From the NCBI GenBank assembly GCA_037146775.1, contig JBAWWL010000005.1, forward strand, positions 102,241 through 166,240: 64,000 bases of DNA, written 5' to 3'. Shown here in pieces: positions 19,214 to 29,558 of the stretch. The stretch comes from Candidatus Omnitrophota bacterium (GTDB taxonomy: Bacteria; Omnitrophota; Gorgyraeia; Duberdicusellales; 4484-171). Position 1 is the first letter of the stretch, and every line of letters begins with the position of its first letter. The position numbers and the translations under genes are program-made. Below the pieces are notes generated by a model. It was not told where the DNA came from, searched no databases, and was given only the letters and a program-made list of their open reading frames with translations.

Positions 19214-20521
19214 ATGCATTCCAAACAGGGCGAACAGTTTAGTCGTGTAGCCGGTAATCTTTCCGGCATGAAGTTCATTTTTCGTTCTCTACGCTACAGG
19301 AACTTCCGCCTTTTTTTTGCCGGCCAACTTGTCTCTCTGATCGGTACGTGGATGCAGACAATTGCGATGAGCTGGTTTGTGTATCAGTTTACCAACTCTA
19401 CGCTTACCCTGGGTATTGTGGCCTTTTGTAGCCAGATACCTTCATTTTTTATTGCCCCCTTCGCCGGCGTTTTTATCGATAGGCTGAATAAACATAAAAT
19501 TCTTGTTATTACCCAGACGCTTTCCATGCTGCAGGCTTTTGCTTTGGCTTTTCTTGTTATCAGCAAGATCTACCTTGTGTGGCCGATCATAGTGTTGAGT
19601 TTATTTCTCGGATTCGTTAACGCCTTTGACATTCCCGGCCGGCAAGCGTTTATCGTCGAAATGGTTGGGAAAAAAGAAGATTTGGGTAATGCCATTGCGC
19701 TCAATTCGCTTATGTTCAATATCGCGCGTTTGCTAGGGCCGTCGATAGCGGGAATTTTGATTACCGTTGTCGGAGAGGGAACATGTTTCCTTATTAACGG
19801 TGTAAGTTTTCTTGCGGTTATCGCCGCGCTTTTAGCGATGAAGAATCTGCATCATAAACGCGAGATAAAACGATCGCATGTATTGGAAGATTTAAAAGAA
19901 GGCTTTCGTTACGCATTTCGTACCTTGCCTATCAGGTTTATCTTGATGCTTCTGGGTATGATCAGCCTGGTGGGAATGTCTTACGCGATTTTAATGCCTG
20001 TCTTCGCAAGGCATATATTAGGCGGAGGCCCGCAAACATTTGGATTTTTGATGGCCTCTATCGGAATAGGCGCTTGCGCCGGGACCGTATATCTTGCTTC
20101 GCGCAAAAATATTGCCGGATTTATAAAAATTATTGCTTACGCCACAGGTATTTTTGGATTGGGGCTGGTATTATTTTCTTTGTCGCGTACGTTGTGGCTG
20201 TCTCTGTTGATTTTATTCGTTACGGGGTTTGCAATGATGGTGCAAATGGCTTCATGTAATACCATTCTGCAGACCATAGTGGAAGACGACAAGCGCGGAA
20301 GAGTAATGAGTTTTTATACCATGTCTTTTATGGGTATGGCTCCTTTCGGCAGCCTTATCGCCGGGATTATGGCCACACATATAGGCGCACCCTTGACCGT
20401 AACTTGTGGCGGATTGGCTTGTTTTGTCGGCGCGCTTATTTTTGCTAAAAGTATCCCCTTATTTAAAAAGCACATTCATTCTCTTTATAAGAAAACAGGT
20501 ATTTTTTCACCCGTAGCATAA
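19214..20521 (+). CDS. MFS transporter
   Basis: 12-TM profile; RNFRLFFAGQLVSLIGTWMQ; RGRVMS. Confidence 0.9.
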   Translation: MHSKQGEQFSRVAGNLSGMKFIFRSLRYRNFRLFFAGQLVSLIGTWMQTIAMSWFVYQFTNSTLTLGIVAFCSQIPSFFIAPFAGVFIDRLNKHKILVITQTLSMLQAFALAFLVISKIYLVWPIIVLSLFLGFVNAFDIPGRQAFIVEMVGKKEDLGNAIALNSLMFNIARLLGPSIAGILITVVGEGTCFLINGVSFLAVIAALLAMKNLHHKREIKRSHVLEDLKEGFRYAFRTLPIRFILMLLGMISLVGMSYAILMPVFARHILGGGPQTFGFLMASIGIGACAGTVYLASRKNIAGFIKIIAYATGIFGLGLVLFSLSRTLWLSLLILFVTGFAMMVQMASCNTILQTIVEDDKRGRVMSFYTMSFMGMAPFGSLIAGIMATHIGAPLTVTCGGLACFVGALIFAKSIPLFKKHIHSLYKKTGIFSPVA

Positions 20522-20542
20522 ACCCGGCTTTTTGAGTTAACG

Positions 20543-20704
20543 GCCGCAAAGTACTGTTATTCTTGTTTGCCGGATGAAGGTGAAAAAGTATCAATGTATT
20601 CGGCTTCGGAGGAATTTCTCCGTAATCATTAGATTGATGGAGAATCCCTCCCATGATCTGCCGGAGGCAGCGCGGGCGGTAAAATAAGGTGTTTCATTTG
20701 CGGC
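20543..20704 (+). repeat. Multi-stem structured element, family A copy 2
   Basis: Homologous to 7600-7789; ends GCCGCAAA/TTTGCGGC are complementary. Confidence 0.75.
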
Positions 20705-20748
20705 AAAGCGAAATTAAGATATAATAAGCCTGTTAGGGGATTATTCAT

Positions 20749-21498
20749 ATGATGGTTTGGATATATAGTTTGGTAAGCGTTACGATAGTTAGTTTTATAT
20801 CATTGATTGGAGTTTTTACTCTTTCGCTGCGCCGCGAAAAACTAGATAAAATATTACTTCTTTTGGTAAGTTTTTCCGTTGGTGGGTTATTCGGCGACGC
20901 TTTTATACATCTTCTTCCGGAAACATTTGAAAAAATTGGAGCAAAGCTGGTTGCCTCATCTCTTATTATTTTCGGTATTTTGATTTTTTTTGTATTAGAA
21001 AAAATTGTCCGCTGGCGACATTGTCATACGCCAACGTCCGGCGAACACTTGCATCCGGTAGTCACTTTAAATTTAATCGGTGACGGCGTGCACAACTTAA
21101 TCGATGGCATGATCATCGGTGCTAGTTTTTCAATAAGCATTTCTATCGGGATAGCCACCACATTAGCGGTTATTTTACATGAAATACCTCAGGAAATAGG
21201 CGACTTCGGCGTATTAGTACACGGAGGACTCTCGATCAAAAAAGCGCTTTTTTTTAATTTTATTTCCGCGCTCACCTCGATTGTTGGCGCGGTTATATCG
21301 CTTACGATAGGCTCGTACGTCAAAGGATATACCGTGGCATTGCTTCCGGTAGCTGCCGGTGGTTTTTTGTATATTGCCGGTTCAGACCTTATCCCGGAAC
21401 TGCACGGTTGTGATACCAAGATATCTACTTCCCTTTGGCAATTTCTTTTTATCATTCTCGGTATTTCGACCATGGCTTTACTTACTCTGCTGGGTTAA
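20749..21498 (+). CDS. ZIP-family metal transporter
   Basis: HNLIDG, HEIPQEIGDFG, SDLIPELH. Confidence 0.93.
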   Translation: MMVWIYSLVSVTIVSFISLIGVFTLSLRREKLDKILLLLVSFSVGGLFGDAFIHLLPETFEKIGAKLVASSLIIFGILIFFVLEKIVRWRHCHTPTSGEHLHPVVTLNLIGDGVHNLIDGMIIGASFSISISIGIATTLAVILHEIPQEIGDFGVLVHGGLSIKKALFFNFISALTSIVGAVISLTIGSYVKGYTVALLPVAAGGFLYIAGSDLIPELHGCDTKISTSLWQFLFIILGISTMALLTLLG

Positions 21499-21504
21499 CC
21501 GCAC

Positions 21505-22665
21505 ATGAATATTTCTAAACCATCCGCTTTAAAATTTATCATTCTTTTGGGTGTGGTCAGCCTTTTTTCCGATGTCACTTACCAGGGAATGCGCAGTATC
21601 TCCGGGCCGTATTTTGCTATTCTTGGGGCAAGTGCGGCGGCAGTGGGGATAGTCTCCGGTTTCGGCGAACTTATCGGCTATGCCCTGCGTTTAGTTTCCG
21701 GATATATCAGCGACAAAACCAAAAAATATTGGACCATAACTTTTATCGGTTATGCCATTAATCTTTTGGCCGTACCGCTTTTGGCGCTGGCTCATCGCTG
21801 GGAAATTGCTGCCATGCTTATTATTATGGAGCGAACAGGTAAAGCCATACGGGCACCCGCTCGTGACGCAATAATTTCGCATGCCGCAAAACAAGTCGGC
21901 CAAGGCTGGGGTTTCGGCCTGCATAAAGCCATGGATCAGGTTGGCGCACTTTCGGGCCCCTTGATTGTCGCGGCAGTACTTTATGCAAAAGGCGGTTACC
22001 GGGCAGGGTTCTTAACTTTAGCTATTCCGGCATTTTTAGCTTTGGCGGTACTGCTTGTGGCGCGTTTCATATATCCTGAGCCGCGCGACTTTGATCCGGT
22101 CAATATTAAGATAGAAAAAAAAGGTTTGCCAAAAATTTTTTGGATATATCTTGCGGGTACGGCCTGTATTGCGGCGGGCTACGCGGATTTTCCTCTGATC
22201 GCTTATCACTTCAAAAAGACGGCTATAGTGAGCGATAACTGGATTCCTGTTTTTTATTCCGTAGCCATGGCAGCCGGCGCTCTGGCCGCGCTTATTTTCG
22301 GACGCCTTTTTGATAAATTAGGCATAGTAGTGCTTGTTTTGGTCGTTGTTCTTTCTGTATTTTTTGCTCCGCTGGTGTTTTTCGGTGGTTTTAACTTAGC
22401 GCTTTTGGGTATGGTATTCTGGGGTATTGGTATGGCCGCACAAGAATCTATTATGCGCGCGGCCGTAGCAGGCATGGTTTCCCCGGGTAAACGCGGTTCT
22501 GCTTACGGGATATTTAATACCGGCTACGGCATATTCTGGTTTTTAGGCAGCGCGTTAATAGGAATTTTATACGACCATTCAATCCTTTCTCTGGTTATAT
22601 TTTCCGTAGTTATGCAGCTGGTTTCTGTTCCGATTATATTGTTGGCATATAAAAAATCAGAATAA
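21505..22665 (+). CDS. MFS transporter
   Basis: ERTGKAIRAPARDA, RGSAYGIFN; 12-TM profile. Confidence 0.9.
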   Translation: MNISKPSALKFIILLGVVSLFSDVTYQGMRSISGPYFAILGASAAAVGIVSGFGELIGYALRLVSGYISDKTKKYWTITFIGYAINLLAVPLLALAHRWEIAAMLIIMERTGKAIRAPARDAIISHAAKQVGQGWGFGLHKAMDQVGALSGPLIVAAVLYAKGGYRAGFLTLAIPAFLALAVLLVARFIYPEPRDFDPVNIKIEKKGLPKIFWIYLAGTACIAAGYADFPLIAYHFKKTAIVSDNWIPVFYSVAMAAGALAALIFGRLFDKLGIVVLVLVVVLSVFFAPLVFFGGFNLALLGMVFWGIGMAAQESIMRAAVAGMVSPGKRGSAYGIFNTGYGIFWFLGSALIGILYDHSILSLVIFSVVMQLVSVPIILLAYKKSE

Positions 22666-22832
22666 TTTGCTTCAGAATTAACCGAAAAAAATACCAATAC
22701 ATTTTTTGGGTTAAAATCATAGAAATGGATTGACAATTAATAAATACATAGTATCTTATGAAAGATAATGTTAAAATATTATTTAATCCAAATGTATTTT
22801 TCCGTTTTTAACCAGCGCAGCAGGTAAGAAAA

Positions 22833-23621
22833 ATGAAGATAATTGTGTGCATAAAACAGGTTCCTGATACAACCGAGGTCAAGATAAACCCCGAAACCAA
22901 TACCCTCATCAGAGAAGGGGTGTCTTCTATCATTAATCCCTTTGATATGTATGCTATTGAAGAGGCGGTACGCTTAAAAGAGAAGTTTGCGGCGGAAACG
23001 ACAGTTATTACTATGGGCCCACCCCAGGCTGAAAGCGCTTTGCGTGAAGCTTTGGCTATGGGTATTGACCAGGCAATTTTACTTTCCGACCGCGCCTTTG
23101 CCGGTTCGGATACCTGGGCCACCAGCTTGGTTTTAGCGAAAGCAATAGAAAAGATAGGAAATTTTGATTTGGTAATTTGCGGGAAACAGGCTTCAGATGG
23201 TGATACCGCCCAGGTAGGCCCGGGAATAGCCACTCACATTAATCTTCCCCAGGCAACATACGTGCGTAAAATAGAAAATGTTGACATAGAGCATAAGACT
23301 ATCCGTCTAGAGAGGCTTCTGGAAGATGGCTATGAAATTTTAGAGGTAGTCATGCCGGCGTTATTGACGGTAGTAAAAGAGATAAATGAGCCGCGGTTAC
23401 CATCGCTTCGCGGTAAGATGCGTGCACGCAGCCAAGCTATTGCTACCTGGACGCATAAAGATTTAGGTTTGAGCGAAGAAAAGTTGGGGCTAAAAGGTTC
23501 CCCCACGCAGGTGGTAAAGATATTTACCCCTCCGCCCAGAGAAAAAGGAATGATTCTGGAGGGAGAGCCGGAAGTCGTAGTGGGTAAATTATTAGAAGAA
23601 TTAAAAAAACACCTTATTTAG
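22833..23621 (+). CDS. etfB: Electron transfer flavoprotein beta subunit
   Basis: CIKQVPD, GSDTWATS, GKQASDGDTAQVGP. Confidence 0.97.
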   Translation: MKIIVCIKQVPDTTEVKINPETNTLIREGVSSIINPFDMYAIEEAVRLKEKFAAETTVITMGPPQAESALREALAMGIDQAILLSDRAFAGSDTWATSLVLAKAIEKIGNFDLVICGKQASDGDTAQVGPGIATHINLPQATYVRKIENVDIEHKTIRLERLLEDGYEILEVVMPALLTVVKEINEPRLPSLRGKMRARSQAIATWTHKDLGLSEEKLGLKGSPTQVVKIFTPPPREKGMILEGEPEVVVGKLLEELKKHLI

Positions 23622-23629
23622 TATGTTTA

Positions 23630-23760
23630 TAAATCCGAAACACGAAATCCTAAACACTAAACAAATCAAAAATTCAAAATCCAAAACCAAAAAAGTTTTA
23701 AGTTTGTGATTTCAAGTTTTGTATTTATTTAGGATTTAGAGTTTAGTGTTTAGAGTTTGA
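23630..23760. repeat. Heptamer-periodic inverted repeat element, family C copy 2
   Basis: AAATCCGAAACACGAAATCCTAAACACTAAAC ... GGATTTAGAGTTTAGTGTTTAGAGTTT. Confidence 0.75.
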
Positions 23761-23766
23761 GCAAAT

Positions 23767-24966
23767 ATGAGTGACGCAATAAAAATAATAGTTGATAAGT
23801 GCGTGGGCTGCGGTTTGTGTCTAAAGGTTTGCCCTTTTTCTGCTATCACATTGGCCCACAAAAAAGCGGTTATTGATGTAGCAAAATGCAATTTGTGCGG
23901 TGCCTGCAAAGATTCATGTAAATTCTCCGCGATCACCATCTTTAAGCCACAGATCGTAAAAGCCGATTTTTCTTCCTATAAAGATGTCTGGGTATTCGTC
24001 GAGCGGGAACGGGACAAAATCGCCGGCGTATCGTTTGAGTTGCTCGGTAAGGCGCGCGAGCTCGCAAAGGATTTACACTGCAAGGTTGTGGCAGTTTTGT
24101 TGGGCAAGAATGTTAAAGAAAAAGCTCAGATGCTTATACAGAAAGGTGCGGATAAGGTAATTGTGGTAGAGCGTAACGAGCTGGATAATTTCATTTCCGA
24201 AAATTACGCCGGTGTCATTAGCCATCTCGTTGGAAAATATAAACCGGAAATATTTTTGGCCGGAGCGACTACCTGTGGCCGTTCTCTGGTTTCTCGTATC
24301 GCAGTAACTATCTATGCCGGGCTTACTGCCGATTGTACGGGTTTGGATATTGATAAGGAAAAAAGATTGCTTATTCAGACTCGCCCGGCGTTCGGCGGAA
24401 ACATTATGGCTCAAATTATTACTCCCAATCACCGGCCGCAGATGGCAACGGTGCGCCATAAGGTAATGAAAGAAGCTGAAGCCGATACTAAGCGGAAGGG
24501 CGAAGTGATAGAAGAAGTGGTGGATGGCGCAGTCATTAATGCGCGGGTTACGTTCATCGATTTTATTCAGGAAGAAACCGGAAAAGTAAACTTGGCTGAT
24601 GCCGATATTATTGTTTCGGGCGGCAGAGGCTTGGCTGACGCAAAAAATTTCCCCATACTTCAGGAATTAGCGCAAACTCTCGGTGCTGCCGTGGGCGCTT
24701 CGCGTTCGGCTGTGGACAGCGGTTGGATCAACTATTCTCATCAGGTGGGACAAACCGGCAGAACAGTCGCACCAAAAATATATATTGCGTGCGGTATATC
24801 GGGGCAAATCCAACATTTAGTGGGTATGCAGTCGTCAAAAATCATTATAGCTATCAACAAAGATCCCGACGCACCTATTTTTAAAGTAGCGAATTACGGG
24901 ATTGTGGGGGACTTGTTTAAGGTTATCCCGCTGTTAACAAAAAGTCTGAAAGCAGTAAGGAAATAG
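23767..24966 (+). CDS. etfA: ETF alpha subunit with N-terminal 2x[4Fe-4S] domain
   Basis: CVGCGLCLKVCP, CNLCGACKDSC; GLTADCT, QVGQTG, GISGQIQH. Confidence 0.96.
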   Translation: MSDAIKIIVDKCVGCGLCLKVCPFSAITLAHKKAVIDVAKCNLCGACKDSCKFSAITIFKPQIVKADFSSYKDVWVFVERERDKIAGVSFELLGKARELAKDLHCKVVAVLLGKNVKEKAQMLIQKGADKVIVVERNELDNFISENYAGVISHLVGKYKPEIFLAGATTCGRSLVSRIAVTIYAGLTADCTGLDIDKEKRLLIQTRPAFGGNIMAQIITPNHRPQMATVRHKVMKEAEADTKRKGEVIEEVVDGAVINARVTFIDFIQEETGKVNLADADIIVSGGRGLADAKNFPILQELAQTLGAAVGASRSAVDSGWINYSHQVGQTGRTVAPKIYIACGISGQIQHLVGMQSSKIIIAINKDPDAPIFKVANYGIVGDLFKVIPLLTKSLKAVRK

Positions 24967-25000
24967 CACACCAGTAACATTCAAGGCATACGGTATACCC

Positions 25001-28000
25001 ATGTTTTTAAGAGAATTAGAAATTTTCGGTTTCAAATCCTTCCCAGAGAAAACCACCCTCAAATTCGAAGCCGGCATTACGGTTATCGTCGGTCCTAACG
25101 GCTGCGGCAAATCAAACGTGTTAGATGCTTTAAAATGGTCGCTGGGCGAGCAAAGCGCTAAGTCGCTTCGCGGCACAAAAATGGAAGATATTATTTTTAA
25201 CGGCACGGAAAACCACCCTCCCTTAAGTTACGCCGAGGTGACCCTGTCTTTTGATAACCAGGATAATTATCTCCCGATAGAATACAAAGAAGTTGCAGTA
25301 ACGCGCAGGCTCTATCGTTCGGGCGAAAGCGAATACCTGATCAATAAAAATCCCGTACGACTCAAAGACGTCGAGGGCTTATTTATGGGGACCGGCCTCG
25401 GTGAAAGTACCTACTCGTTTATCGAACAGGGTAAAATCGAAGTATTTTTGAGCTATAAGCCGGAAGACAAACGCCTTATATTTGACGAAGCCAGCGGTAT
25501 CGTGAAATATAAAGAAAGCCGCAGGGAAACGCTCAAGAAACTGGAAGAAACTGATGAGAACCTGCTTCGTCTGGAAGATATAATTTCGGAAGTGAAGCGC
25601 CAAATACGCTATCTGGAAAGGCAGGTGGAAAAGACGCGCAAATTTAAAGAATGCCAGGAAAGGCTGATTGAAGTAGAAAAGCAACTGGCGGCTCTTAAGT
25701 TCTCCGATTTGGAAAAAAAGATAAATGTGATCCTGGAAGAGCTCAATACGTTAAAAACCAGGGAGGTTGACAAGGAAAAGAATCTGAAAGAGTATAAAGA
25801 GAAATGGGATGAATTAAATACCGCCCTGAATCAATTGCGTAAGCAGTTACAGGAAGTAAGCTCGCAGGTTTTTTCGCTTAACGCCCAGATAGAAACTTCT
25901 CTTGGCTATATTAAAGTTAGTCAGCAGAGGATACAGGAATTGAATGAGCGCAATCAAACGATAGAACAGAATAAACAAGCGTATGGCCAGCGGCTCATCC
26001 TGCAGGACAAGCGGCTTGAGGAAGAACGAACAAAACTTGCCTCTATTGCAACCGAATTGACTGCGCTTGTTGCTCATATCGAAGTATTGCGGCAGGAGAA
26101 TGTTCTTATAGAGAAAGATACGTCCGAGGTGCATAAGAAAATCGGCACAGAAAAGATGCGTCTTCTGGAGCTGGAAGAGCGCGGGGTGCAGCTGCGCAAC
26201 AGCTTGGTGGAAATACAAACAAACACGTCTTCGTTCACTAATCGGAAAAAGCGGCTGCTTTTGGATAAAGCAAAGATAGAGGGATTTTCTGCCGAAAAAA
26301 AAGAGATTTTAGGCCGCCTGCAAAAAAACCTCAGCGAATTTACTGTGCAGCTCGCGGCGCTCAAAGATAAGAGAAACGTATTACTTTCGAAAGAGCAGGA
26401 ACTTATTGCCTTACGCGAACAGTTACAGCAGGAATTAATTAAGAAAGAAAAGGAGCAGGTTGAGCTGAACTCGTATTACGAATTCTTGCGCGATTTACGT
26501 ACCAAGTATGATACGTTTTCCGCTAAGAGGACCGTGACGGTCGTCTTCAACGAAGAACCAAAAAACATCAATAAGCTGATTGTTTCCTTGAAGGGTGTAA
26601 CATTCGAGCAGGAAAGCGGCACGTTCAAGGCGGTCATAGAAGCAAAAGTGATATCGTTTGAAGAAGAACAGTTGCAAGAAAAGCTGAATATTATCCAGAG
26701 GGATATAGAAGATATAAAACGCCGCTTGGTCGAGGTTGAGCAGCAGAAAAAGCAAGTAAGCGAAGAGACGTCTGCCGGAAGCACACAGCTCGAGGAACAG
26801 GAACGGTTGTGGCAGAGAACTTCTCAGGAAAAAGAAAACATAGAACGAGAATGCCTGCGTTTTAGCGAAGAATTTGAGTTGGTGGAGAAGGAACTCACCG
26901 CTAACCGTCAGGATCTAGAAAATTATGAAAGGAAACAGAAAGATTTAGAAGGCGAAATAGCGGGCTCGGAAGAACAGTTGCAGAGTGCAAAGTCTAATGT
27001 CGATGGTTTGCAGGAACAAATGAGCAAAAACACTGCCAGGACTAACGAGCTTGACGTAGAAATTGCCAAAAGCGAAACACATAAACAGTCTCTCTATCGA
27101 GAGAAAGAGAGCTTAGATTCAAAAATTTTACTGCTTGCCGAGGAAAAAGGTAATATTGAGAAAGCCCTTAAAGATATCGCAACAGAGAAAGAAGGGAATC
27201 TCACCCGCGTGCGTACGCTTGAGGAAGAAGCTCGTAGCCTAGAGAACTCCATCGCCCAAGATAAAGAACGTATCCAACAACATCTTGGGCAGAAGGAGTC
27301 GTGCGAAAGAGAAGAGGCCGCGTTCATCCAGCGCATCGAAGAAGACAGGAAGGGGCTTGAGGCGATAGAAAAAGAATTAGAAGAAGTGAAGTCTTCAGTT
27401 TATAACAAGAAACTTGAGATCCAGGGGCTTGATTACGAGAAAGAGAAAATTAAGGACTATCTTATGCAGGTCTATCATATTACGTTTGATGCGGCGGCTG
27501 TGCAGCCAACCCCGGATTCTCAGGCACAGTCGCTTGAACAGTTAGCACAAGACAAAGAAAGCCTAAAGAAAAAAATAGACACACTTGGGGAAGTCAATCT
27601 TGTTGCTATTGAAGAGTTTGATGAGCTGAAAAAGCGGGAAGAATTTTTGGAAAAACAAAAAAATGATCTTGTTACCTCAAAAGAAGATCTCAAAAAAGCG
27701 ATTCAAAAGATCAATAAAATTTCGCGCGAGCTTTTTTTGGAGACTTTTGCGAAAGTGGAAGAAGAGTTCAAAAAGAATTTCCGGTTTCTTTTTAACGGCG
27801 GCCGAGCGCAGTTGATGTTGATTGATCAGGAAAACGTCTTGGAATCGGGCGTTGAAATCGAAGTGCAGCCGCCGGGTAAAAAACTGCAAAATGTCACTCT
27901 TCTTTCCGGAGGAGAAAAGGCCCTCACCACCATTGCCCTGATTTTTGCGATTTTTAGAGTGCGCCCTTCGCCTATTTGCGTACTTGACGAAATCGATGCT

Positions 28001-28231
28001 CCGCTGGATGAAGCCAACGTCGATAGGTTTAATCATATCCTGAAAGAATTTTCCGCACACTCCCAATTTATCGTTATTACCCACAACAAGAAAACCATGA
28101 GCAGGGCCGATGTGCTCTATGGCGTGACGATGCAAGAGAAGGGCGTATCAAAGCTGGTCTCCGTTAAATTTGGCGAAAACGAAAAAAAACCTCTGCCCGC
28201 ACAAACCGAACCGACGCCAACCAACCAATAG
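25001..28231 (+). CDS. smc: Chromosome segregation protein SMC with reduced hinge
   Basis: GPNGCGKSN, LSGGEK, LDEIDAPLD; long coiled coils. Confidence 0.93.
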   Translation: MFLRELEIFGFKSFPEKTTLKFEAGITVIVGPNGCGKSNVLDALKWSLGEQSAKSLRGTKMEDIIFNGTENHPPLSYAEVTLSFDNQDNYLPIEYKEVAVTRRLYRSGESEYLINKNPVRLKDVEGLFMGTGLGESTYSFIEQGKIEVFLSYKPEDKRLIFDEASGIVKYKESRRETLKKLEETDENLLRLEDIISEVKRQIRYLERQVEKTRKFKECQERLIEVEKQLAALKFSDLEKKINVILEELNTLKTREVDKEKNLKEYKEKWDELNTALNQLRKQLQEVSSQVFSLNAQIETSLGYIKVSQQRIQELNERNQTIEQNKQAYGQRLILQDKRLEEERTKLASIATELTALVAHIEVLRQENVLIEKDTSEVHKKIGTEKMRLLELEERGVQLRNSLVEIQTNTSSFTNRKKRLLLDKAKIEGFSAEKKEILGRLQKNLSEFTVQLAALKDKRNVLLSKEQELIALREQLQQELIKKEKEQVELNSYYEFLRDLRTKYDTFSAKRTVTVVFNEEPKNINKLIVSLKGVTFEQESGTFKAVIEAKVISFEEEQLQEKLNIIQRDIEDIKRRLVEVEQQKKQVSEETSAGSTQLEEQERLWQRTSQEKENIERECLRFSEEFELVEKELTANRQDLENYERKQKDLEGEIAGSEEQLQSAKSNVDGLQEQMSKNTARTNELDVEIAKSETHKQSLYREKESLDSKILLLAEEKGNIEKALKDIATEKEGNLTRVRTLEEEARSLENSIAQDKERIQQHLGQKESCEREEAAFIQRIEEDRKGLEAIEKELEEVKSSVYNKKLEIQGLDYEKEKIKDYLMQVYHITFDAAAVQPTPDSQAQSLEQLAQDKESLKKKIDTLGEVNLVAIEEFDELKKREEFLEKQKNDLVTSKEDLKKAIQKINKISRELFLETFAKVEEEFKKNFRFLFNGGRAQLMLIDQENVLESGVEIEVQPPGKKLQNVTLLSGGEKALTTIALIFAIFRVRPSPICVLDEIDAPLDEANVDRFNHILKEFSAHSQFIVITHNKKTMSRADVLYGVTMQEKGVSKLVSVKFGENEKKPLPAQTEPTPTNQ

Positions 28232-28287
28232 TTGTGGTGATACAGCGTATTTTTCCGCACAGAGAATATTTCTTAATTCCCTAAAAT

Positions 28288-29451
28288 TTAAGCAGGAATG
28301 ATTTTATTTTTGCCTTCGCGTTTGGCTTGATAGAGGGCGGCATCGGCTTTTTGGGCAAGCGTGTATTTGTCTGTGCCGTCTTGCGGGTAATTGGAGAGGC
28401 CGATACTGACGGTAAGCCGTGTACTTAAAATTATTTTTTCTGCTAAAGCTTTTCTAATCCGTTCTCCGGTTTGCAGCGCTTCTTCTTTGCTTGTCATCGG
28501 CAGGATAATAGAGAATTCTTCTCCTCCGTAGCGGCAGAGAATGTCTGCTTGGCGGCTATTTTCTCTTAAGACTTCGCTTACTTTTTTGAGCGCTTCATCA
28601 CCCTGGATATGTCCATGAGTATCGTTGAAGTGTTTAAAATCATCGAGGTCAATCATGATGAGCGAAAGCGGGTAATTTTTTAATTTTGCCTTTGTCAGCT
28701 CTTCGTCAAATTTATACTGAAAGTAGCCATGATTCCAGAGTGAAGTGAGCGTATCGGTGTGTACTTTGATGAGCGTATCTTCGAAGGCCCGGGAATTCTC
28801 CAGCGCCCCGGTCGCCTGTTCTACAAACATATTGAAAATACGCATGTCTGATTCCACGATCGTTTTTTTAGTCACGTAGTTGTCGACAATAATGACCCCT
28901 TGAGGTTTATCTTTGAGCCAGAGCGACGCAATCAGAAATTCCTTCAGCTGCAGTTGCTTAATAAGCGGGTCATTGCACAGCTCGAGAGTTTTCTCTTCTT
29001 TAATGTGGAGCGTGCCTTTTTCCCACAAGGTGTTAAAAATAAAACCACTTTCCGAGTTGAGCGGGAAAGAAAGTGATCGTATAAACTCTAGAAATTTCAG
29101 TTTGATTTTTCCTTCTTTAATGCAATGGTACGTTTTGATAAGGTCGTAGAGGTCCATCTTTTGTTGTTCGATACTGCGCCAGATTGTATTCGCCTCTTGC
29201 ATATCTACCGGGCCGATTCCCATAAAGCCGTCTATGGTTTTATCTCTTTCGTCGATCAAAAAGAGGCTGGCGCGGTTAAATGAAAGGCCTTCGTGGGCGG
29301 TGAGTCCGGTGAGAATGATATATGCTATTTCTTCCAACCGCAGCGTCGTTCTCATCGCCTTATTCAGTTCGTAGAAAATATAAAGCTGAGAACGGGTCTT
29401 TTCCAGCTCTTCCTGCAGTTTCTTTATCTGCTCTTCTAGTTGATATTCCAT
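28288..29451 (-). CDS. GAF-like sensor diguanylate cyclase
   Basis: DLDDFKHFND, RQAD I-site, RYGGEEF; start placed at ATG 29451 to avoid the queA overlap. Confidence 0.9.
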   Translation of the reverse strand: MEYQLEEQIKKLQEELEKTRSQLYIFYELNKAMRTTLRLEEIAYIILTGLTAHEGLSFNRASLFLIDERDKTIDGFMGIGPVDMQEANTIWRSIEQQKMDLYDLIKTYHCIKEGKIKLKFLEFIRSLSFPLNSESGFIFNTLWEKGTLHIKEEKTLELCNDPLIKQLQLKEFLIASLWLKDKPQGVIIVDNYVTKKTIVESDMRIFNMFVEQATGALENSRAFEDTLIKVHTDTLTSLWNHGYFQYKFDEELTKAKLKNYPLSLIMIDLDDFKHFNDTHGHIQGDEALKKVSEVLRENSRQADILCRYGGEEFSIILPMTSKEEALQTGERIRKALAEKIILSTRLTVSIGLSNYPQDGTDKYTLAQKADAALYQAKREGKNKIIPA

Positions 29452-29558
29452 ATAAAATAGTAAATAACATAATTCCGGGTAAAAGTCAACTTTTCTCGCA
29501 ATCGTGAGAGTTTTATTGCTGCTTTTCTTTTCCTTACTATCTGATACAATAACCTCCC

